Origin: Acidimicrobiales bacterium
Lineage (GTDB): Bacteria > Actinomycetota > Acidimicrobiia > Acidimicrobiales > CATQHL01
Reading direction: 5' to 3'
NCBI GenBank assembly: GCA_965209115.1
Contig: CBDBQD010000002.1
Span: forward strand, 1,223,890-1,287,889
Length of the DNA stretch: 64,000 nt
The notes below the pieces were generated by a model. That model did no database searches. It saw only the letters and a list, made by a program, of their open reading frames with translations, and was not told the DNA's origin. Shown here piece after piece: positions 35,294 through 45,374 of the stretch (positions are counted from its first letter, which is position 1; each line of letters starts with the position of its first letter). The translations under genes and the position numbers were made by a program.

Positions 35294-36682
35294 ATGAAAC
35301 GGGATGACATACCGATCGGCGAGCTCTTGCTTGACGCTGAGAATCCGCGGCATGGTGAGGTTGAGGACCAAGATGCGGCCTTGGAGCGACTCGTCGCGAT
35401 CCGTCCGCAGCATCTCAGGAGCCTCACTGAAGACATCGCAAAGAACGGACTTCACCCGGGACTCGGCTTTCTGGTCTTCCCGACTGAGGACGGTCGCTTT
35501 GTGGTTCTGGACGGTAATCGGCGACTGGCCGCGATCAAGCTCCTCACGCAACCAGATTCTGCGCCAGCGTCCTGGCGGCCAATCACCACCGAGATCGAGG
35601 TTGACCTCAACTCGTTCGAGAGACTGCCGTGCACCATCTTAGATTCGCGTGAGGACGGGAGGCTGTGGCTCGAACGGATGCACACAGGCCAGATGAACGG
35701 AGTCGGGGTTGTGCAATGGCCGCCAATGGCGCAGCATCGCTTTAGTCCCCGCAACGATCAGCGAGGTCGAGGAGCTGCCGCGTTGGCCTGGTTGAGCAGC
35801 CGAACTGAGCCGGGCGAGGCCGATCTTCATGAAGCGATCGAGACCGTGGAAGGCGAGATCACGACTTTTGGCCGGCTTGTGCAGACCAGTGCTGTGCGGC
35901 CGATCTTGGGGTACGACTTCAAGGGCAATGAACTGGTGCCAACCGAGGGCACCAGCGAACTCGTCCTCTACGAACGCTTGATTTCCGCTGTCAAAGACCT
36001 CGCAGGCGGAAAGGATGTCAACGACCTGCGGACGATTCCGCAGCGCGTCGCATACGCCCACGCCTTGGCCGGTTCAAGCGAGAGCGACGACGAGAGCGAC
36101 CCTCGGGCACAGGAGGAACCTGCCGAGCAGGCCGCAGACGAGTCGGAGGGGGAACAATCCACGGGTGGCGAGGATCAGGAACCGGCGAGCGAGGGTGAGT
36201 CGCAGGAAGCGACCAAGCCCAAGAGGCGGAAGCGGTCGAGTCAGCCGAAGGCGAGCGTTCTCGACGCTCCCCTGCCAGATGTTTTCAGACCTCGAATCGT
36301 GCGAATCTCAGAAGAACTCTGCGCTCTCAACGTTCACGAGCATCCGAACGCTGTGGCCGTACTCCTGCGGCTGCTGATCGAAATGACTACGGAGCAGTGT
36401 CGACGCGCAGAGAATCTCTCAAAGCAGGGCGACCTGAGGGAGCACATCGAACGCGTGGTCCAGCGAGTTCAGACGCCCCAAGACCAGAAGGACAACGTGT
36501 TCCACGGCGTCACGGTAAGTCTGAGCACTCCCAAAGACCGTGACCACACGAAAAACTTCAATCAACATGTCCACAATGTGGACTACCACCCTGTGCCGAC
36601 GGACTTGATCAACACCGCGGAGAACTACCGGCCGTACTTCGAGCGGATCGGTCAACGCCTAGCTGGCAAGGCGGCCAGTTGA
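35294..36682 (+). CDS. ParB N-terminal-domain (ParB/Srx-fold) protein with an acidic linker and an unknown C-terminal domain
   Basis: ATG 35294. LLLDAENPRHGE and VVLDGNRRLAAIKLL are ParB/sulfiredoxin-fold motifs. A low-complexity acidic stretch (SSESDDESDPRAQEEPAEQAADESEGEQSTGGEDQEPASEGESQEATKPKRRKRS) is followed by ~125 aa with no family I recognise. Confidence 0.6.
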   Translation: MKRDDIPIGELLLDAENPRHGEVEDQDAALERLVAIRPQHLRSLTEDIAKNGLHPGLGFLVFPTEDGRFVVLDGNRRLAAIKLLTQPDSAPASWRPITTEIEVDLNSFERLPCTILDSREDGRLWLERMHTGQMNGVGVVQWPPMAQHRFSPRNDQRGRGAAALAWLSSRTEPGEADLHEAIETVEGEITTFGRLVQTSAVRPILGYDFKGNELVPTEGTSELVLYERLISAVKDLAGGKDVNDLRTIPQRVAYAHALAGSSESDDESDPRAQEEPAEQAADESEGEQSTGGEDQEPASEGESQEATKPKRRKRSSQPKASVLDAPLPDVFRPRIVRISEELCALNVHEHPNAVAVLLRLLIEMTTEQCRRAENLSKQGDLREHIERVVQRVQTPQDQKDNVFHGVTVSLSTPKDRDHTKNFNQHVHNVDYHPVPTDLINTAENYRPYFERIGQRLAGKAAS

Positions 36683-36685
36683 GCG

Positions 36686-37549
36686 ATGCCATATGTGAGT
36701 CCGCTGCGATATCCGGGCGGAAAATCGCTGTTGGCGAAATTCGTCGCAGATGTGCTAGCCCGCCTGCCAGACGTCCAGCACTACATGGAGCCGTTCGCAG
36801 GGGGCGCGGCTGTGGCGCTTCGTCTGCTCTACGAAGGCAGCGTGTCATCAGTGACCATAGGCGACTCCGATCCGGCCGTCGCCGCGTTCTGGCGTTGTGC
36901 GGTCCACCGAAGCGACGAGCTGATCGAGAGGGTGACTGAGTGCCAGGTGGTGATCGGCACATGGCACACCCAGTATCAGACTCTGACGAACCCAGACCGC
37001 ACAGACGACCTTGACCTCGGGTTCGCGACCTTCTTCCTCAACCGCACCAACCGATCAGGAATCTTGCGCGCACGACCCATTGGAGGCTTGCGACAGGATG
37101 GCGAGTGGCGCTTGGACTGCCGCTTCAACAAGGACGACCTTGTCCAGCGGCTGCGCAGAGTCGCCCAGTACGCAGCTCAGATCGACATCTTCGAAGGCGA
37201 CGCGATCGACCTACTCGCGCGCGTCGACAAGGCTCGCAGACAGAGCACCTTCGTATATGTGGACCCGCCCTACCTGACGCGTTCCTCGGACCTGTATCTG
37301 GACGAGATGTCATTCGACGGGCACAAGCAGATCGCACAGCTGCTGCGCGACGAATTCCCGTACTGGATGGCGAGTTACGACATCGATGATCGCGTGCGGT
37401 CGGAGCTGTACTCCGAGAGCCCCATATTGACCTTCGCGCTGCGCCACTGCGCATCAAGCAACCATATTGGAACCGAGCAGATCGCGTTCTCTGATGCATG
37501 CGTGCTGGACGACGAAGTCCGCTACCCCAGAGCCGCTGCCTGGGTCTGA
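36686..37549 (+). CDS. Dam-like (D12 class) N6-adenine DNA methyltransferase
   Basis: 287 aa with PLRYPGGK, EPFAGGAAV (SAM motif), FFLNRTNRSG and VYVDPPY (catalytic motif). Starts 3 nt after the ParB-like gene. Confidence 0.85.
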   Translation: MPYVSPLRYPGGKSLLAKFVADVLARLPDVQHYMEPFAGGAAVALRLLYEGSVSSVTIGDSDPAVAAFWRCAVHRSDELIERVTECQVVIGTWHTQYQTLTNPDRTDDLDLGFATFFLNRTNRSGILRARPIGGLRQDGEWRLDCRFNKDDLVQRLRRVAQYAAQIDIFEGDAIDLLARVDKARRQSTFVYVDPPYLTRSSDLYLDEMSFDGHKQIAQLLRDEFPYWMASYDIDDRVRSELYSESPILTFALRHCASSNHIGTEQIAFSDACVLDDEVRYPRAAAWV

Positions 37550-37760
37550 ATTCGGGCAGACTACCTTCAGCCGGTGATGTACCGGCCCCAGGCTGCCATT
37601 GTGGCGTCGCGGGTGAGTAGGTGGCGTCGCTCGTGGACGGCGTCTTGGTCGTGGTGAGCGACGTGAACGGGTAGCCGCCAGGTCCCAGGTCACGGCGTGC
37701 TGTGGATGGTGCCCGGCGTTGGTTCTTGGACCCCGTGAGGGTGGCGCGTAGGATCGGAGC

Positions 37761-40130
37761 GTGCTGGGGGAGTCGACTGTCAAGACGGCGCCGGTCGGGG
37801 CGGTTCCCGATCTGGAGGTTCTGGACAACATCCAGCGGCGTTTGCTGTGGCTGGCGACGCGCATCGTGGACGTGGCGAACCGCCGGGAGGGACTCGAGAT
37901 CAAGGTCGGGGGCCACCAGGCCTCCTCCGCGTCGATGGTGTCGATCATGACGGCGCTGTGGTTCGCCCACATCGACGGCAACGACAAGGTGGCCGTCAAG
38001 CCGCACGCCTCGCCCGTGTACCACGCCATCAAGTACCTCACCGGCGAGTTGGACCGCTCGTACCTCACGACGCTGCGCAAGCGCGGCGGGCTGCAGGCCT
38101 ACCCGTCGCGCACCAAGGACCCCGACGTGGCGGACTTCTCGACGGGTTCGGTGGGGCTCGGGGCGGTCGCGCCCCTCTTCGCGGCCCTGGTGCGGCGCTA
38201 CGCCGACGCCCACTTCGAACCGTCGGCGCCGGCCCGCTTCATCGCCACCGTCGGCGACGCCGAACTCGACGAGGGCAACGTGTGGGAGGCCATCGCCGAT
38301 CCGGTCACCCACGGGCTCGGCAACTTCACGATGGTGGTGGACCTGAACCGCCAGAGCCTCGACCGGGTGATCCCCGACATCGCCGCGATCCGCCTGAAGA
38401 GCTTCTTCAGTCACGCCGGCTGGCACGTGGCCGAGGCCAAGTACGGCGCCCGGCTGCGGCGGCTGTTCTCCGAGACGGGCGGCGATGCCCTGCGCGCCCA
38501 CATCGACGGCATGTCGAACGAGGCCTACCAGGCACTGTTCACCTACCAGGGCGCCGAGCGGCGCAAGAAGTTCCTGGATGGCGCCGACGCGGCGGTGCGC
38601 CGCCTCACCGATGACTTCGACGACGACGAGTTGTTCGCCCATGTCACCGACCTTGGGGGTCACGACCTCGGTCAGCTCATCGACTGCTTCAAGGCTTGCG
38701 ACATCGAGGCCGACCGCCCCAGCGTGGTGTTCGCCTACACCGTCAAGGGCTGGGGGCTGCCGATGGCGGGCGACCCCCTGAACCACGCCGTGCTGCTGAA
38801 CGACGAGCAGATCGACGCCCTCCGGGCCACCGTCGGGCTCACCGAGGCAACCGAATTCGACCGCTTCGACCCCGACAGCCCCGAGGGCCGGGTGTGCGCC
38901 TCGGTCGGCTCGGACATCAACAACCCGCCGCCTGTGCCCCGGCCGCGGTTGGCTGTGCCGGATGCGGCGGGTCCGCCGACGCTGCGCGGCAAGGTCTCCA
39001 CCCAGGAGGCGTTCGGTCGCACGCTCACCCGTCTCGCGGAGGTGCCCGAGGTGGGCCAGCGAATCGTGACCACCGCCCCCGACGTGTCGATCTCCACCAA
39101 CCTGGGCGGCTGGGTGAACAAGGCGGGCGTCTACTGGCACGAGCACCGGGACGACCACGGCGGCGCCGAGCGGCTGCTGCGCTGGGCGCCCTCGCCGGAC
39201 GGCCAGCACATCGAGCTGGGCCTCTCGGAGATGAACATGTTCATGCTGCTGGGCCAGTTGGGTCTGGCTCACGACCACCACGACCGCCACCTGCTGCCGG
39301 TCGGCACGGTGTACGACCCGTTCGTGCTGCGCGGCCTGGACGCCTTCATCTACAGCCTCTACAACGACGCCCGCTTCGTGGTGGCCGGCACACCGTCGGG
39401 CATCAGCCTGGCCCCCGAGGGCGGCGCCCACCAGTCCACGATCACCGCAGGCGTCGGCGCCGAACTGCCGGGGCTCACCTACTTCGAGCCTGCCTACGCC
39501 ACCGAGGTGGACTGGCTGCTGTGCGACGCCCTCGACGGCCTCAGCCGCCCCGACGGCGAGAGCGCCTACTTCCGCCTCAGCACCAGGCCCCTCGACCAGG
39601 CGCCGTTCGCCGCGGCCGGCGAGCGCCTGGGCACCGAGGAACTGCGCCGGCAGGTGCTCTCCGGGGGCTACCGGCTGCGACCCGCACCGCTGACCGACCG
39701 CCCCGGCGTCACCATCGTCACCACCGGGGTGATGGCTCCCGAGGCCCTCGCAGCGGCGGACGCCCTCGGCGAGGAGGGTGTGGATGCAGGCGTCGTGCAC
39801 CTCACCAGCCCCGATCTGGTCTACCGCAGCTGGCAGGGCACCTATCGCGCCGCCGCAAGTGCCGCCACCGTGGTGCGCCGCCCCAGCCGGATGCACCAGC
39901 TGATCCCCCCCGAGGAGCGCCACCGCCCCGTCGTCAGCGTGCACGACGCCGCCAGCCATGCCCTCGCCTGGCTGGGCGCGGCGGTGGGATCGCGGCACAT
40001 ACCGCTGGGGGTGGACCGCTTCGGCGAGTCCGGCACGATCGCCGACCTGCACGCCATCGCCGGGATCTCCGCCGGCGACATCGTCAACGCCGCCCTCATC
40101 GCCATCTACGAGAGCACCGACATCGAGTAG
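37761..40130 (+). CDS. thiamine-diphosphate-dependent 2-oxoacid dehydrogenase E1 component, homodimeric AceE-like
   Basis: 789 aa with GGHQASSASMVSIMTALWF and TVGDAELDEGNVWEA (GDG-type ThDP motif). The 1013-aa ORF on the opposite strand is a shadow. Confidence 0.75.
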   Translation: MLGESTVKTAPVGAVPDLEVLDNIQRRLLWLATRIVDVANRREGLEIKVGGHQASSASMVSIMTALWFAHIDGNDKVAVKPHASPVYHAIKYLTGELDRSYLTTLRKRGGLQAYPSRTKDPDVADFSTGSVGLGAVAPLFAALVRRYADAHFEPSAPARFIATVGDAELDEGNVWEAIADPVTHGLGNFTMVVDLNRQSLDRVIPDIAAIRLKSFFSHAGWHVAEAKYGARLRRLFSETGGDALRAHIDGMSNEAYQALFTYQGAERRKKFLDGADAAVRRLTDDFDDDELFAHVTDLGGHDLGQLIDCFKACDIEADRPSVVFAYTVKGWGLPMAGDPLNHAVLLNDEQIDALRATVGLTEATEFDRFDPDSPEGRVCASVGSDINNPPPVPRPRLAVPDAAGPPTLRGKVSTQEAFGRTLTRLAEVPEVGQRIVTTAPDVSISTNLGGWVNKAGVYWHEHRDDHGGAERLLRWAPSPDGQHIELGLSEMNMFMLLGQLGLAHDHHDRHLLPVGTVYDPFVLRGLDAFIYSLYNDARFVVAGTPSGISLAPEGGAHQSTITAGVGAELPGLTYFEPAYATEVDWLLCDALDGLSRPDGESAYFRLSTRPLDQAPFAAAGERLGTEELRRQVLSGGYRLRPAPLTDRPGVTIVTTGVMAPEALAAADALGEEGVDAGVVHLTSPDLVYRSWQGTYRAAASAATVVRRPSRMHQLIPPEERHRPVVSVHDAASHALAWLGAAVGSRHIPLGVDRFGESGTIADLHAIAGISAGDIVNAALIAIYESTDIE

Positions 40131-40548
40131 CAGGTCCGCCCGGGTCTCCGCCCGCGGGGCTGTCACAGGGCGTGGCTATCCTGCGATGCAGCGGTCCGTG
40201 GGCGCTGCCCGTTGGCCGCCGTCTCGGCCGCCCGCCGTGTCGTTCGGAACGTGACCTCCCCTGCTCACGCCGATCCGAGCCCCTCGCCTCACGGCGCTGT
40301 CGTCTCCGGCCGCTCGCTGCGACGGGCAGAGAGTCGCGGACCGAGACCCACCATCACCGACGAGCGGACGGCGCCTCGCGCGACGGGCCTGATCCGCCAG
40401 CAGGGAGAAACGAATGAGAACGATGCCGAACTCCGCCCGGAGCCAGACCAACGGATCCCAGCCCGCCACACCTCTCGGTCTCGCGGGGGAGTGCGACCCG
40501 CCACCGGGGGAGGAGGGCATCGACGAGTTGGGACCGCCCCCGGTCGTC

Positions 40549-41096
40549 ATGCCTTTCCGTGTGAATGTCATCCGCAGCGCCAACCGGCACAAGACCGTGT
40601 CCTCCCGTCTGACGGGCGGGGTCCTCGAGATCCGGATACCGGCCTGGATGTCCGACTACGACGAGGCCGAGGTCGTCAACAACTTCTGTCGACGATTCGA
40701 AGAGCGCCACCGTTGCTGGGAGGTCGACCTGGGCGCCCGCGCGCGCGACCTCGCTGCCCGCTACGACCTTCCGGAACCTCGCGCCATCCGCTGGTCCACG
40801 CGGCAGCGCCGGCGCTGGGGTTCCTGCAGCACGTTGAAGGGTGAGATCCTCATCTCGCACCGGCTGACCGAGGTGCCCCCGTGGGTACTCGACTACGTCA
40901 TCGTCCACGAGTTGGCCCATCTCCTCGAGTCGGATCACTCGGCGGCCTTCGACGCCTTGGTGCGCGCTACCCGCTCACGGAGCGGGCCATCGGCTACCTG
41001 GAGGCCTTCGGTGCCTGGGCGGATGGCGTCCTCGAGCGGAGCCCGGAGAATCGAGCCGCCGCCCCGAGCGGCCGACGTCGTTCACCACGCGATTGA
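40549..41096 (+). pseudogene. DUF45/YgjP-like M48-family zinc metallopeptidase, frameshifted
   Basis: MPFRVNVIRSANRHKTVSSRL...RWGSCS...DYVIVHELAHLLESDHSAAFDALV is in frame 1. The family-typical continuation ARYPLTERAIGYLEAFGAW is in another frame (ORF 40881..41096). The frame switch lies at about 40958-40966. Confidence 0.7.
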
Positions 41097-41148
41097 CCGC
41101 TCTCCGGGGCTACCTTATGGTTCGCCGAACCGGCTGGTGAGGAGCAAT

Positions 41149-41559
41149 ATGACCATCAACGCGCTCGACCACTACAACATCCAGACGGCGCGGCTCGACG
41201 AGACGGTCGAGTTCTATGTCGACGTGCTCGGCTTCGCCAAGGGCTACCGGCCGGGAGTGCGCGGGACCGGGGCATGGCTCTACGCGGGCGGCCACCCGTG
41301 CGTGCACATCAACGTGATCGACGACGACATGACCGGACCCACCGGTCCCATCAACCACGTCGCCTTCGAGACGGCGAACGAGCCGGGCGACTACGAGGCC
41401 ATGCAGCAGAGGCTGACCGAGCGGGGGCTGCCGTTCGAGGTGAACGACAGCAGGCCCAACATCCCGCTTCGGCAGATATTCCTGCACGATCCCAACGGCA
41501 TCCGCCTCGAACTGAACTACCGAGACGCCCCGCTGGTGCCGGATCCTGTCGACGCCTGA
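41149..41559 (+). CDS. VOC/glyoxalase-family protein
   Basis: ATG 41149 after ggtgaggag. Reads MTINALDHYNIQTARLDETVEFYVDVLGF...HVAFE...IRLELNY. Confidence 0.8.
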   Translation: MTINALDHYNIQTARLDETVEFYVDVLGFAKGYRPGVRGTGAWLYAGGHPCVHINVIDDDMTGPTGPINHVAFETANEPGDYEAMQQRLTERGLPFEVNDSRPNIPLRQIFLHDPNGIRLELNYRDAPLVPDPVDA

Positions 41560-41568
41560 GTCGAGACC

Positions 41569-42357
41569 GTGACCTGGATTCCGGATTGCGCGCTCGTCAC
41601 CGGAGCGACCAGTGGCATCGGGGAGGCCGCTGCACTGGCGCTTGTGGAGGGCGGGGTGGGCAGCATCATCGTGGTGGGCCGCAACGCCGAGCGCGCCGAG
41701 AGGGTGTGCGCCCGCATCGAGGGGATGGGGGCTTCGACGGAGGTCGTCCTGGCCGACCTCTCCGAGGCGGGCGCCGCCGACGCCGTCTTCGCCGAGGTCG
41801 ACGCCCGGGGGCTGCTGGCCGACACGCTGATCAACGCTGCCGGGCTGACCACGCGCACCGAGATCCTGGACATCGACCTGGCCGCCTACGACGACCTCTT
41901 CGCCGTGAACGTGCGCTCGCCGGTGCTGCTGTGCGGGCGCTTCGCCAGGCGACTCCAGCGGGCGGGCCGGCCCGGCACCGTCGTGGACATCCTCAGCAAC
42001 GCCATGCACGGCGGCGCGCCGGACATCAGCATCTACTCCATGACCAAGGCGGCGCTCGGGATCCATACCCGAAACGCCGCCTACGCCCTGCAGGACGACG
42101 GGATCAGGGTCAACGGGTTGGCAATGGGCTGGACGCTCACGCCCGGCGAGGACTCGGTGATGCGTGCCACCCACGGCGCCTCCGACGGCTGGGAGACGGT
42201 CTACGCCGGTCGCAGACCGCTGGGGCGGCTGATGCGCTCGGAGGAGGTGGCCCGCGCCGTCCGCTTCCTGGCCACGGGCGAGTCGGCGCCGATGACCGGA
42301 TCGATCGTGACCTTCGACCAGGTGGCCACCGGCATCACCGACCTGCACCCGCACTGA
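41569..42357 (+). CDS. SDR-family oxidoreductase
   Basis: TGATSGIGEA, NAAG and YSMTKAAL (YxxxK). Confidence 0.85.
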   Translation: MTWIPDCALVTGATSGIGEAAALALVEGGVGSIIVVGRNAERAERVCARIEGMGASTEVVLADLSEAGAADAVFAEVDARGLLADTLINAAGLTTRTEILDIDLAAYDDLFAVNVRSPVLLCGRFARRLQRAGRPGTVVDILSNAMHGGAPDISIYSMTKAALGIHTRNAAYALQDDGIRVNGLAMGWTLTPGEDSVMRATHGASDGWETVYAGRRPLGRLMRSEEVARAVRFLATGESAPMTGSIVTFDQVATGITDLHPH

Positions 42358-42381
42358 GCCGGCAGCAGCCGGCGAGGAGGA

Positions 42382-42993
42382 TCAGCCCAGGGGCCAGAGG
42401 CGCCGCGCCAGGCGCCCGAGCACGGCGCCGGTGAGGGCGCCGCCTGCCACGTCGGAGGCATGGTGGATGCGGACGTGGATGCGACTGAGCGCCACGGCGG
42501 CCGCCAGCAGCCAGAGCAGCCTGCGCCAGCTGCGACCGCCCGACTCGCCCAGCAATAGCGCCGAGACCACGGCGCTGGAGGCATGGCCGCTGGGGAAAGC
42601 CGTGGTGATGGGTTGGCGTAGGTACAAGGGTCGCTCGGCGTCGTCGGCGACCGGCCGGGAGCGGCGCACGAGCGACTTCAGCAGGCCGTTCACGAACAGC
42701 GAGTCCAGCCCCAGAACGGCGGCCAGCCGCAACAGGTTCCGCTCGGCGCGCCGCGAGCCCCCGAGCGCGGCCAGTGCGGCCAGGAGGTGCCAGATCAGCC
42801 CGTAGTCGCCGAGTTGCGACGCGGTGTAGAACGCCCTGTCCGCCCAGCGCCGTCCCCGCAGCTTCTCGAACAGCACGTCGACGCGGTCGTCGAAGCGTGC
42901 CACGGCCGCCAGGACCCGGTCGACGTCGACGCCGCTCACGGGCTCAATGGTACGGGGCGCCCCGCGCCTGCACGAGTCGGAGGTTGCCGGCAT
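42382..42993 (-). CDS. PAP2-family phosphatase (membrane)
   Basis: KxxxxxxRP-type SLVRRSRP, PSGHASS and SRIHVRIHHASDV motifs. The start codon is uncertain. Confidence 0.8.
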   Translation of the reverse strand: MPATSDSCRRGAPRTIEPVSGVDVDRVLAAVARFDDRVDVLFEKLRGRRWADRAFYTASQLGDYGLIWHLLAALAALGGSRRAERNLLRLAAVLGLDSLFVNGLLKSLVRRSRPVADDAERPLYLRQPITTAFPSGHASSAVVSALLLGESGGRSWRRLLWLLAAAVALSRIHVRIHHASDVAGGALTGAVLGRLARRLWPLG

Positions 42994-43085
42994 GAGGCGG
43001 GCGGGGAGCGGGTCGCGTCAGTGCGGAGCCTGGACGTCACCCAGGATCGTTGGCCCCGCCATGAGCGGCTGCTAGATGTAACAGC

Positions 43086-44852
<1,767 letters not shown>

Positions 44853-44862
44853 GAGGTCCGCC

Positions 44863-45285
44863 GTGGACATTGCACAAGCCACTGAGTGGGCGGCCGAGCG
44901 GAGCCTCGGTGTGCTCATCACGATCCGGGCCGACGGCCGGCCACAGTCCTCGGACGTCGTGTACGACCTCGACGACGGCGCGTTCGTCATCTCGGTCACC
45001 GAGGGGCGGGCCAAGACCGCCAACCTGCGGCGAGACCCCCGCGCCGTGCTGCACGTCTCCGACGCCGGATCGTGGTCCTACGTGTCCTTCGACGGTGCTG
45101 TGGAGTTGTCGCCGGCGGCGAGCAGCCCGGAAGACGCCACCTGCGACGCCCTGGTCAGGTACTACGAGCGCGTGACGGGCAGACCGCACCCGGACTGGGC
45201 GGAGTTCCGCCTGGCCATGGTCGACGAGCGCCGCCTCGTCGTCCGGTTCACTCCGAGGGCCGCGACGGGGATGCTGCGCGCCTGA
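44863..45285 (+). CDS. PPOX-class (pyridoxamine 5'-phosphate oxidase fold) probable F420-dependent enzyme
   Basis: 140 aa with LGVLITIRADGRPQSSDVVY...KTANLRRDPRAVLHV, a pattern typical of the family. Confidence 0.7.
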   Translation: MDIAQATEWAAERSLGVLITIRADGRPQSSDVVYDLDDGAFVISVTEGRAKTANLRRDPRAVLHVSDAGSWSYVSFDGAVELSPAASSPEDATCDALVRYYERVTGRPHPDWAEFRLAMVDERRLVVRFTPRAATGMLRA

Positions 45286-45374
45286 GGCCGTACGGGGTCC
45301 GTCCGGTTCGTGGCCCACAGGCCGCCACGCTGCGCAATAGAGTCCGAGAGTCTGGAGCAGGGAGGTTCGATGCG

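Larger units (their letters stand above)
23326..37549. other. composite defence/genomic island adjacent to tRNA-Arg (no integrase detected)
   Basis: Begins at the tRNA 3' end. Every gene inside is defence- or DNA-modification-type. Hand-sampled 60-nt lines in the IetAS and ParB/Dam parts are ~58-62% GC, against ~70-80% in sampled flanking core lines. Confidence 0.7.

Noticed and set aside
23326-37549. Integrase, transposase or recombinase gene inside either island
   Set aside because: No ORF shows tyrosine- or serine-recombinase or DDE motifs. The islands are therefore described as integrase-less rather than as an intact mobile element.
37550-37760. Search for an att-like direct repeat of the tRNA-Arg 3' end (ggttcgaatcctgccgggggcgc) at the right border of the island, and likewise for tRNA-Gly near 53.8 kb
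   Set aside because: No convincing match was visible by eye, so I do not claim defined att sites. A computational alignment is needed.
37125-40166. 1013-aa ORF on the minus strand, the longest in this region
   Set aside because: It is Arg/Gly/Pro/Ala-rich with no recognisable motifs, and it is exactly antisense to the AceE-like gene, which has clear ThDP-enzyme motifs. This is a typical high-GC shadow ORF.
40414-41559. 381-aa ORF suggesting a bifunctional metallopeptidase-glyoxalase fusion protein
   Set aside because: The middle ~60 aa are out-of-frame peptidase sequence. The VOC gene has its own ATG and SD at 41149, and the peptidase's conserved C-terminus is in another frame. I interpret this as a frameshift artefact.
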